Part shown: piece by piece, positions 27,653 through 35,625 of the stretch
How positions within the stretch are numbered: the first letter of the stretch is position 1
Layout of the letters: the number at the start of each line of letters is the position of its first letter
Assembly (NCBI GenBank): GCA_029253045.1
Contig: JAQXAG010000075.1
Coordinates: 1 to 41,340, forward strand
Direction: 5' to 3'
Length of the DNA stretch: 41,340 bases
DNA from: Fidelibacterota bacterium
Lineage (GTDB): Bacteria; Fidelibacterota; Marinisomatia; Marinisomatales; Marinisomataceae
Made by a program: the position numbers and the translations under genes
Notes under the pieces: generated by a model
What the model was told of the DNA's origin: nothing
Database searches by the model: none
What the model saw: the letters and a program-made list of their open reading frames with translations, nothing else

Positions 27653-28972
27653 TTACTGGCTCATTAAATCAAGGAATTCTTGATTAGTTTTGGTTCTTCG
27701 CATTCTTTCAGACATAAATTGCATAGATTGCTCTGTACTCATTTCTCCTAACATTTTTCTTAAAATCCACATTCTGGATAAATGTTGATCAGACAAAAGT
27801 AGTTCTTCTTTTCTAGTTCCTGATTTCACAATGTTAAATGCTGGATATATACGCCTATCACTTAGTTCGCGGTCTAGTACTAGCTCCATATTCCCGGTGC
27901 CTTTAAACTCTTCGAAAATAACACCATCCATTTTACTACCGGTATCAATTAAAGCCGTAGCAATAATAGTTAAACTACCACCTTCTTCGGTATTACGTGC
28001 TGCCCCAAAAAACTTCTTTGGTTTTCTTAGTGCGTTTGAATCTACTCCACCTGAAAGTATTTTTCCGCTATGAGGGATAACTGCATTGTGTGCTCTTCCT
28101 AAACGCGTGATACTATCAAGCAATATGACCACATCTTTACCACACTCTACTAGCCTTTGAGCTTTATAAAGCGCCATATCTGAAACCTGAACATGTCTTT
28201 CTGGTCCTTCGTCAAAAGTAGAGGCGATGACTTCAGCATCTACGCTTCGCTTCATATCTGTTACTTCTTCAGGTCTTTCATCAATCAATAAAATAAGTAG
28301 CACAGTTTCTGGGTGATTTCTTCTAATAGCGTTTGCAATTTTAGAAATTAGAATAGTTTTACCTGTTTTGGGTTGTGCTACAATTAATCCACGTTGACCT
28401 TTTCCAATAGGGCAAACTAAATCCATGATTCTCATAGACATATCACTAGTATTTGATAAGTTAAATTTTTCATTTGGATGTAATGGTGTATACTTATCAA
28501 AAGATCTTTGATTTCTAATCTGGTCTGGATCTACATCATTTACTTTATCCAACTTTAATAGGGCATGAAATCTTTCTTTAGATTTTGGAGCTCTTGTGCT
28601 GCCTTCAACAAAATGGCCCGTTTTCAATTTGAATCTTTTAATTTGTGATGGACTTACATATATATCTTCTGGCCCAGGTAAATAATTATCATTTACGCTT
28701 CTTAAAAATCCATACCCATCAGGTAAAATTTCTAAAACTCCCGCTGCTCTTTTTTCGCTTGATTGATTTTGATGCGGAGCATTTTTTGGAGCCTCTTTTT
28801 TCTCAACTTTGACTGGGTTGGGAGCTTCTTGTTTCTTTTCGGTTGGAGTAGCACTAACCATAGCCTGCATTAGCTCATCTTTTGAAAGAGTAGAGATTTT
28901 CTCTATTCCCATTGTTTTTGCAATTTCTTTTAAATCGCTTAATTTTTTTTCTTTTAAATCGGTTAACTTCAT
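27653..28972 (-). CDS. rho: Transcription termination factor Rho
   Basis: [70 protein letters not shown]. Confidence 0.98.
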   Translation of the reverse strand: MKLTDLKEKKLSDLKEIAKTMGIEKISTLSKDELMQAMVSATPTEKKQEAPNPVKVEKKEAPKNAPHQNQSSEKRAAGVLEILPDGYGFLRSVNDNYLPGPEDIYVSPSQIKRFKLKTGHFVEGSTRAPKSKERFHALLKLDKVNDVDPDQIRNQRSFDKYTPLHPNEKFNLSNTSDMSMRIMDLVCPIGKGQRGLIVAQPKTGKTILISKIANAIRRNHPETVLLILLIDERPEEVTDMKRSVDAEVIASTFDEGPERHVQVSDMALYKAQRLVECGKDVVILLDSITRLGRAHNAVIPHSGKILSGGVDSNALRKPKKFFGAARNTEEGGSLTIIATALIDTGSKMDGVIFEEFKGTGNMELVLDRELSDRRIYPAFNIVKSGTRKEELLLSDQHLSRMWILRKMLGEMSTEQSMQFMSERMRRTKTNQEFLDLMSQ

Positions 28973-29027
28973 TAGTTCCTCTGTTAATTGTGAAATGTAC
29001 TTCTAGGGGGAAAACACCTTGAAACAC

Positions 29028-29055
29028 AAATTACATCATATGATACCATTGTCAA
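29028..29055 (-). promoter_or_regulatory. Candidate rho promoter overlapping the folC 3' end
   Basis: Minus strand TTGACA-N16-TAATTT, followed by a pyrimidine-rich leader and AGAGGA before the rho ATG. Confidence 0.4.
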
Positions 29056-30280
29056 AGGAAAAATCGAAAAAATTATACACATCTTTTGCTATATAGTGAC
29101 TGCCAAAAACAACTTTAGCTCCTGAGTATTCTAATTTATCTAGCTCTGTGAGAGCCTCATTGAGATTTTCTATAAATTGAAAGTTTTTGAGCAATGGGTT
29201 TTTCATTATTTCTTCTTTATTTAAGATATCTTTTGAAGAAATAGTAGAAATAATGATTTTATCAAACAAAGTAGAAAATTTCTCTATTAATTGAGGATTA
29301 ATTTTATCATTTTTTAGCACCACAACCCCTAAGGGTTTTTTCTTATAAATTTCTGTTAAATCTTTAGCCAGAACACTTATACCATTTCTATTGTGCGCTA
29401 CATCATAGAAAAAATTATCTTTCATAATCTGCATTCTAGCTGGCCAATACCATTGATCTAGCGCTTGCTGGATATCCTCATTTGTTAAATTATGAAAGTT
29501 GTCTTGGCAAGTCTTAATAGCCAACATAGCATTCTGGGTTTGGTAAGACCCTGCTTGAGGCATAGAGAATTCCTGCATATCATAGGTGAAATTGACAGAT
29601 TTTGGTGTCTGATTTTTAATAATAATATCTTCTTTTTTGATAAATGAGACTTTAACATTTTTTAGTAGGGCATGTTTTTTAATAGTTTTGATAGCGCGGG
29701 GGTCTGAATTCACAGTTATAGCTGGAGTTTGATTTTTAAATATCCCACATTTCTCAGATGTAATTTCTTCAATCGAGTTGCCTAAAATGTGTGTATGATC
29801 ATAGTGTATCTCAGTAATAATGGTCTGGATAGGAGATAATACATTAGTAGAGTCCAGTCTTCCTCCTAAACCCGTTTCGACTATGGCAATGTCCACATTT
29901 TTCTCAGCAAAATATTCAAAAGCCAGTGCTGTAGTTGCTTCAAAGAAGGTAATAGAACTTTCAATTAAAGTTTGTTTATGGCTTTCAATAAATTTTATAA
30001 TTTTTTCATTAGATATAGGTATACCATCAATTCTAATTCTTTCATTAAAATGAATTAAATGGGGAGAAGTATATAATCCTACTTTATAGCCATTTTTTTG
30101 TAAAATTTTGGCAATGATAGATGATGTAGATCCTTTTCCATTTGTGCCAGCTAAATGAATCGTTTTAATTTTTTTGTGTGGGTCCCCACATTTCTTTAAA
30201 AAACCTTCAATATTCCTCAATCCTAATTTAATTCCACGATTATGAAGTCCATATAAGAATTCTAGGGTAGGATCGATCAT
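29036..30280 (-). CDS. folC: Folylpolyglutamate/dihydrofolate synthase
   Basis: HLAGTNGKGST, YTSPHL..FNERI, TFFE, ETGLGGRLDSTN, DVAHN. Confidence 0.95.
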   Translation of the reverse strand: MIDPTLEFLYGLHNRGIKLGLRNIEGFLKKCGDPHKKIKTIHLAGTNGKGSTSSIIAKILQKNGYKVGLYTSPHLIHFNERIRIDGIPISNEKIIKFIESHKQTLIESSITFFEATTALAFEYFAEKNVDIAIVETGLGGRLDSTNVLSPIQTIITEIHYDHTHILGNSIEEITSEKCGIFKNQTPAITVNSDPRAIKTIKKHALLKNVKVSFIKKEDIIIKNQTPKSVNFTYDMQEFSMPQAGSYQTQNAMLAIKTCQDNFHNLTNEDIQQALDQWYWPARMQIMKDNFFYDVAHNRNGISVLAKDLTEIYKKKPLGVVVLKNDKINPQLIEKFSTLFDKIIISTISSKDILNKEEIMKNPLLKNFQFIENLNEALTELDKLEYSGAKVVFGSHYIAKDVYNFFDFSFDNGII

Positions 30281-30281
30281 A

Positions 30282-31454
30282 TCAATTATTGTCTAAGGTT
30301 TTTTGGTATTTCTCTATTGCTCTATAAATTGAAGTTGCTAATGTATCTCTATACTTTGGGCTTCTTAATTTTTTCTCTTCTGTTGGGTTAGAGATAAATC
30401 CGAGCTCTACCAAAACGTTTGGCATAGAAGCGCCCATTAATACATAAAAACCCGCTTGTTTTACGCCCCTATTTTTGCTCTGAATTCTTTTTCCCATCTC
30501 TTCTTGAACCAAGGCAGCAAATTGTTCACTAAAATTTGCAAAACCAGCTTGAGCAATAGTCGCCGTGATAAGAGCTTCATCTGTTAGCTTTTGAGCGCTG
30601 CCTCCCTCGAGCTCTAATACTGCATTTTCTCTAGCAGCCACTCTTACAGCTGCTTGATTCCTGTTGGGACCAATCAAAAATGTTTCAAACCCGCTTGCTC
30701 TTCTATCTTCAGCTGCATTTGCATGTATACTAATAAAAAGATCTCCATTGTTTTCATTTGCAAACCTTGTTCTTTCTCCTAGCTTTAAAAAAATATCTTC
30801 ATCTCTTGTTAAAATTGTTTTGATATTCATATTTTTTGATATTTTTCTTTCAAGTCTTTTTGCTACATCTAAAGCAATGTCTTTTTCGCGTGTTCCTCGA
30901 TATCCAATAGCTCCGGGGTCTTTACCTCCATGACCTGGATCAATAATAATTGTATTAAATTTCCATTTATTTTTTTCCGCAGTTAAATCGGTTACTACTA
31001 TTGGAGGTATCTCTTTTTTAATATTCGAATTAAAAGCAATAGACATTGCCCCGTAGTCTATCGAAAAGCTATTTGAGCCATGTGTAGATAAAATATTAAA
31101 AAAGTTATCTATGGGTACGTAGTATTCTGCATTTTTTTTAATAACACTGCTTTCCATTTGGTAAGTCTTTTCATCAACAATAATAAATGGAATATTGTAT
31201 GACAACTTAATTTTGAAGCTGTCTAAATAAATCACAATTTTTTCTGTCTTTTCATTTACGAATGAACCGCTACCAATAATTTTTCCTAAATCATTTACAG
31301 ATACGTAGTACTGATTTTGCTTTAAAATGTCTGCTTTGCCAAGCACGACGTTGCTCTTACCTAAAATAGTGATAGCCTGTTGATTACTTGCTACAGCAAT
31401 TGATAGGAAGAAGATGATAGATAAAATAGTGCGTAGAAGATTTGATAATTTCAT
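30282..31454 (-). CDS. amiA: N-acetylmuramoyl-L-alanine amidase (Amidase_3)
   Basis: Signal peptide; IDPGHGGKDPGA, EK, FISIHAN, AAREN, VLVELGFISN. Confidence 0.9.
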   Translation of the reverse strand: MKLSNLLRTILSIIFFLSIAVASNQQAITILGKSNVVLGKADILKQNQYYVSVNDLGKIIGSGSFVNEKTEKIVIYLDSFKIKLSYNIPFIIVDEKTYQMESSVIKKNAEYYVPIDNFFNILSTHGSNSFSIDYGAMSIAFNSNIKKEIPPIVVTDLTAEKNKWKFNTIIIDPGHGGKDPGAIGYRGTREKDIALDVAKRLERKISKNMNIKTILTRDEDIFLKLGERTRFANENNGDLFISIHANAAEDRRASGFETFLIGPNRNQAAVRVAARENAVLELEGGSAQKLTDEALITATIAQAGFANFSEQFAALVQEEMGKRIQSKNRGVKQAGFYVLMGASMPNVLVELGFISNPTEEKKLRSPKYRDTLATSIYRAIEKYQKTLDNN

Positions 31455-31481
31455 AGTATAAAATTATAATAAATATAACGT

Positions 31482-31509
31482 AAAAGGGCTCAATTTTTGA
31501 GCCCTTTTT
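31482..31509. terminator. Intrinsic terminator downstream of the small membrane-protein pair
   Basis: AAAAGGGCTCAA-TTT-TTGAGCCCTTTT perfect inverted repeat with A/T runs on both sides. Confidence 0.8.
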
Positions 31510-31540
31510 ATTTTAAGTCAATGTAGAGTTTATTAAAAAA

Positions 31541-31753
31541 TTATTTTTTCATCCACCCTGCAACAATCATTACTGCAACTAAACCAGCAACGCCTCCGTC
31601 ACCAATCATAGCCACCGCACTACCAATACCTGCGATAACACCAAATACGTCATCATACAAAATACCGATAATAGTACCAGCAACAACCACTTGCGTCAAT
31701 AGGCCTGTTAATTGACCTAAAGTATCATTGATTTTTTTGAATGCATTTTTCAT
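31541..31753 (-). CDS. Small hydrophobic membrane protein (70 aa), paralog of 31840-32046
   Basis: GGAGG RBS 9 nt before ATG; amphipathic N-helix plus hydrophobic segments; 20/68 ungapped identities with its neighbour by hand alignment. Confidence 0.85.
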   Translation of the reverse strand: MKNAFKKINDTLGQLTGLLTQVVVAGTIIGILYDDVFGVIAGIGSAVAMIGDGGVAGLVAVMIVAGWMKK

Positions 31754-31780
31754 TATGTTTGTCCTCCAAACTTTTAATTT

Positions 31781-31814
31781 ATAAGAGCCTCATACTAATG
31801 TATGAAGCTCTTAT
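31781..31814. other. 15-bp intergenic stem-loop between the paralogs
   Basis: Minus strand ATAAGAGCTTCATAC-ATTA-GTATGAGGCTCTTAT, with one G-U pair. Confidence 0.75.
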
Positions 31815-31839
31815 TTTTGTTAGTTTAATACGATCTATC

Positions 31840-32046
31840 TTATAACCATGACAAAAAGACTACTAATACTAGCAATCCTGTAACGCCACCGTTTAGAAAT
31901 GTATCAACTAAATTCATAATTCCACCAAGTGGGTCCATTCCTGTTGGATATAGTATGTTTGCAAAAACAAAAAATATTACCGCTGCTTTTACTACACCTG
32001 TTAAACCACTTAACGTACTCGTTATCATTGAATCCCATGAAGCCAT
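31840..32046 (-). CDS. Small hydrophobic membrane protein (68 aa), paralog of 31541-31753
   Basis: AAGGAGG RBS 6 nt before ATG; shares TLxxLTG, ILY, GGVxGL and near-terminal W with its neighbour. Confidence 0.85.
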   Translation of the reverse strand: MASWDSMITSTLSGLTGVVKAAVIFFVFANILYPTGMDPLGGIMNLVDTFLNGGVTGLLVLVVFLSWL

Positions 32047-32188
32047 GTTATTCCTCCTTGATTAGTTATTAACTAGTTAAAAAAAAGGTAAAACGCCACA
32101 CTTTACGAGTGGATTTTTACCCCCATTATTAATCATGTCAATATGATTAAATCTTTTAAAAAAGTTGTCTTTATTCATCTTTTTTATA

Positions 32189-32217
32189 ATTATAGGCGCT
32201 TTTTCCCGATGAATCAA
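32189..32217 (-). promoter_or_regulatory. Near-consensus sigma70 promoter for the small-protein pair
   Basis: Minus strand TTGATT (32212-32217)-N17-TATAAT (32189-32194), with AT-rich sequence upstream. Confidence 0.7.
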
Positions 32218-32324
32218 GGTTTTATTGAGTATGTAAAAAAAAATTATTTTTGTAAAAAATAATTAATTCATTAGAATTAGCATTCAAAAGTATTATGTAA
32301 GAACAATAAGGACTAACTTTAAAT

Positions 32325-33608
32325 ATGAAAAATAATATCCATCCCATTATAGAAAAAGTACACGCTAGGCAAATACTAGATTCTAGGGGTTATCCGACGA
32401 TAGAAGTTGAAGTATGTGCAAGTGGCATTATTGGTAAAGCAGCTGTTCCTTCGGGTGCATCGACAGGAGAGTTTGAGGCGCTTGAATTAAGAGATTTAGA
32501 TAAAACTCGCTTTCATGGAAAAGAAGTTTCTACTGCAATTAAGAATGTAATAAATATTTTTCAACCCAAGCTTTTAAAGAAAAGATCTGATAATCAAACA
32601 GAAATAGATGCTTTATTAATGGAAATTGACGGTACTCCCAATAAGAGTAATTATGGTGCAAATGCAATGCTGGGGATATCAATGGCATGCGCCGTTGTTT
32701 CCGCAAAGTTTTATCAACAACCACTTTATATTTATCTAAATGAAAATAGCGCTCAGATGCCTGTACCAATGATTAATGTTTTAAATGGAGGTATGCACGC
32801 TGATAGGGGTTCCGATATTCAAGAAATTATGTTGTTCCCATCCGGTGCAATATCTTTTTCAGAGTCCCTTAGAATGGGCTCAGAAATATTTCATACTCTT
32901 AAAAGTGAGTTAAAGAATTTAGGCTTGTCAACTACTGTGGGTGATGAGGGAGGTTTTGCTCCCAGGCTTAAATCAAATGAACATGCTATAGAGCTATTAT
33001 TAAATGCGATAGAGAAATCAAACTATAAGGCTGGCTCAGATGTTTTTTTAGCTTTAGATGTAGCGGCATCAAGCTTTTACAATCAAGGAGAATATCATTT
33101 AAAAATTGATAATAAGGTTTTAAATGTTGACGGGATGATTAAGTTTTATGATAATCTTGTCACTCAATATCCTATTGTATCTATAGAAGATGGCTTAGAT
33201 GAAAACGATTGGCCTGGATGGACAAAATTGAATAGCGCATTAGGCAAAAAAATTCAAGTTGTTGGCGATGACTTGACTGTAACTAATCCAAAAAAATTAG
33301 AGAAAGCGATTGCAGAAAATTCTATTAATAGTATTTTAATCAAACTTAACCAAATTGGTACTGTCTCAGAGACTATTGAAGCTATTAATATAGCGAAAAA
33401 AAATAATTGTGATTTTATCATATCTCATAGATCCGGAGAAACAGAAGACACCTTTATTGCTGATCTTGCAGTGGCAATGGGTGGTGGTCAGATAAAAACT
33501 GGTTCAGTCTGTCGTTCAGATCGTACTAGCAAATACAATCAACTTCTCAGGATTGAAGAAAGCTTAAAAAATCCAAAGTTTGGTAAAAACTTTTCCTTTA
33601 TAAAGTAG
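32325..33608 (+). CDS. eno: Enolase
   Basis: ILDSRG.PT, VPSGASTG..EA.ELRD, GDEGGFAP, SIEDG, VGDDL, LIKLNQIGT, SHRSGETED, QIKTG. Confidence 0.97.
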   Translation: MKNNIHPIIEKVHARQILDSRGYPTIEVEVCASGIIGKAAVPSGASTGEFEALELRDLDKTRFHGKEVSTAIKNVINIFQPKLLKKRSDNQTEIDALLMEIDGTPNKSNYGANAMLGISMACAVVSAKFYQQPLYIYLNENSAQMPVPMINVLNGGMHADRGSDIQEIMLFPSGAISFSESLRMGSEIFHTLKSELKNLGLSTTVGDEGGFAPRLKSNEHAIELLLNAIEKSNYKAGSDVFLALDVAASSFYNQGEYHLKIDNKVLNVDGMIKFYDNLVTQYPIVSIEDGLDENDWPGWTKLNSALGKKIQVVGDDLTVTNPKKLEKAIAENSINSILIKLNQIGTVSETIEAINIAKKNNCDFIISHRSGETEDTFIADLAVAMGGGQIKTGSVCRSDRTSKYNQLLRIEESLKNPKFGKNFSFIK

Positions 33609-33614
33609 CAAACT

Positions 33615-33896
33615 ATGAATTTTAAAATCCCATCACTCACTAATGTCTTATTTGGTTGTTTATCTGTTGGCTGTATACTATTACTTCTTTTTAGCGATAG
33701 GGGATTTCTTACTCTATGGAACTTAAAGAAAGAAAAAATTGAAATTCAGCAAGATATAAATTCATTGCGTCAACAAATTGCCTCTCTTGAAAAAGAAGCT
33801 GAAAAATTAGAATTTGACGAAAAATATATTGAAAAAATTGCCAGAGAAAAATTCAGGATGTCTAAACCTGGAGAAAAAGTTTTTAAGGTAGAGTGA
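33615..33896 (+). CDS. ftsB: Septum formation initiator FtsB/DivIC family
   Basis: Single TM helix, coiled coil, IEKIAREK..MSKPGE; conserved position after eno. Confidence 0.88.
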   Translation: MNFKIPSLTNVLFGCLSVGCILLLLFSDRGFLTLWNLKKEKIEIQQDINSLRQQIASLEKEAEKLEFDEKYIEKIAREKFRMSKPGEKVFKVE

Positions 33897-34577
33897 CTAA
33901 GAAGATTTAAAGATTTCTTTTGCAACACCAAATGATTTAATATCTGGTAAATGATATCTCATTAGGTCAGATATGAAGTTAGCCATAGTCTTTTTATCAT
34001 AACTAAACTCTGTGTTCATATTTTTTTTATCAATAAAGTCAGAATAATATATTTCTTTCAGTTGCTCCGTCAATTTGGGTTCTTTTGTTTTATAACGTCT
34101 AATAATTGGGTGTTCTTCAGCATCAATTATATTATATCCCGTGTTTTTTAAAAAATGTATAAGGAAAAAGTAGAATGCATTATTATAGCCATTTTCTGCG
34201 ATGTTAAAGTATTCTAATATATTTTTAATTAAGTAATAAGTACTTTGATCTGACGTTGTTTCATCAAAACCTTTATCAATCATTTCAATCATGGATAAAC
34301 AAAGCACTGTTTTTCTAAGATCTTTATTAATGCCGTCCCAACTATTAAGAGTTTTAGAGTCATATATTGGCTGTAATTGTCTCTTGTTGTTATGAACGTA
34401 GTTTACCTCAACTTCATTCATCTGTTGATATATAGCTTTAAGGGGAGATTTCTGTCGCATAGCAGCTTTAATGACATAAGATGACTTACCTCTTTTTAGT
34501 GTAAATAGCCTCACAATGATACTTGATTCTTTGAAAAGACTAGTTTTTAAAACAATGCCCGGTGTAGAAATCCTCAT
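33897..34577 (-). CDS. recO: DNA repair protein RecO (divergent C-terminus)
   Basis: N-terminal 'GIVLK...KESSIIVRLFT..RGK' RecO_N OB fold; C-terminal 'YHLPDIKSF'. Confidence 0.82.
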   Translation of the reverse strand: MRISTPGIVLKTSLFKESSIIVRLFTLKRGKSSYVIKAAMRQKSPLKAIYQQMNEVEVNYVHNNKRQLQPIYDSKTLNSWDGINKDLRKTVLCLSMIEMIDKGFDETTSDQSTYYLIKNILEYFNIAENGYNNAFYFFLIHFLKNTGYNIIDAEEHPIIRRYKTKEPKLTEQLKEIYYSDFIDKKNMNTEFSYDKKTMANFISDLMRYHLPDIKSFGVAKEIFKSS

Positions 34578-35620
34578 TTTGGAACTTCTATTTTACCCCA
34601 ACCTTCATGAGTGAGGCTGCCAAAATATAAATGATCACCATATTGCTTAACACTTGTTATAGGAGAATAAGCGTCGCTAGCATCGTACTGGAGATTATGT
34701 AAAACATTGCCGTTAGCATCAATCCCTAAAGCAAAGGCATAGGGTTCTGGCTTGGGCTGTAAAAATTCTGGCAATCGCAGGGCTAAACTCCTTAGAAGTG
34801 GTTTATCTGCTGTTTGGTCTATGAAATTATTTCTTACTGTAAAAAGTGCCACCCAATAAACTCCTTTTCCATTAGATGAGATATTATCTGGAAAGCCAGG
34901 CAGGTTTTCCATAATAACTTCTGATGTGCCGGCTTTTGCTCCTTTAAGCCAATATTTTTGTATTCTATACATAAACGTTTCATTGAATAAAACGAAAGAA
35001 TCGTCGGGGCTTACAGCAACACCATTTGCAAAATATAAATTATCAAGTAAGGTAGTCGTACGTTCTGTTTTGGGATCATATACTAACAATCTTCCGTTTG
35101 GTGTATGCTCCATTACCTCAATTTGATCTTCTCCATATCCAAATTTGTCTGATGCATCAGAAAAGTAAATTTTTCCGTCTGTTGCAATATCTAAGTCATC
35201 TGCAAAGCTGAGCGGAATGCCATCTGAATCAGATTTTGTAGAAAGGGTGGTAGCAATACCGTTTTGATTGATTGATATCAGTCCCTGGATCGCATCTGCA
35301 ACTATTAGATTATGGGCAGCATCAAATACCATACCAAGAGGACGGCCATTAGTATTGTAAAACTCCCCATCAGAGCGCATAATAAGTCCATCATGATATC
35401 CTGCATATAGATTACCCTCATGAATTGCAATGTCTTCTGGTCCATAATGTCCGTCGTTTTCCCAAAAGATTTCTATATTTTTTAAATAATCATTTTTCTC
35501 ATACACGCCTGTCATTGGTGGTGGGTTAGGAGACTCCCAAGATACTGGCTTTATTGGAACTGGCCATAAAAAAAGATATGACAATAAAATTAATAGAGAA
35601 TAAAATAATAGGTTTTTCAT
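34574..35620 (-). CDS. Strictosidine synthase-like / SMP-30 beta-propeller hydrolase, membrane anchored
   Basis: GPED, GRPLG, ADDLDI..DGKIYFSDAS, GRLLVYDP, LYFANGVA, NLPGFPDNI. Confidence 0.9.
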   Translation of the reverse strand: MKNLLFYSLLILLSYLFLWPVPIKPVSWESPNPPPMTGVYEKNDYLKNIEIFWENDGHYGPEDIAIHEGNLYAGYHDGLIMRSDGEFYNTNGRPLGMVFDAAHNLIVADAIQGLISINQNGIATTLSTKSDSDGIPLSFADDLDIATDGKIYFSDASDKFGYGEDQIEVMEHTPNGRLLVYDPKTERTTTLLDNLYFANGVAVSPDDSFVLFNETFMYRIQKYWLKGAKAGTSEVIMENLPGFPDNISSNGKGVYWVALFTVRNNFIDQTADKPLLRSLALRLPEFLQPKPEPYAFALGIDANGNVLHNLQYDASDAYSPITSVKQYGDHLYFGSLTHEGWGKIEVPK

Positions 35621-35625
35621 AGCAA

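Noticed and set aside
31541-32046. Prophage/inovirus, bacteriocin cluster or type I toxin-antitoxin interpretation of the small proteins
   Set aside because: No adjacent Zot-like ATPase, rep, integrase, processing, immunity or transporter genes; core genes flank both sides; the RBSs look exposed rather than sequestered. Structural similarity to such folds remains untested.
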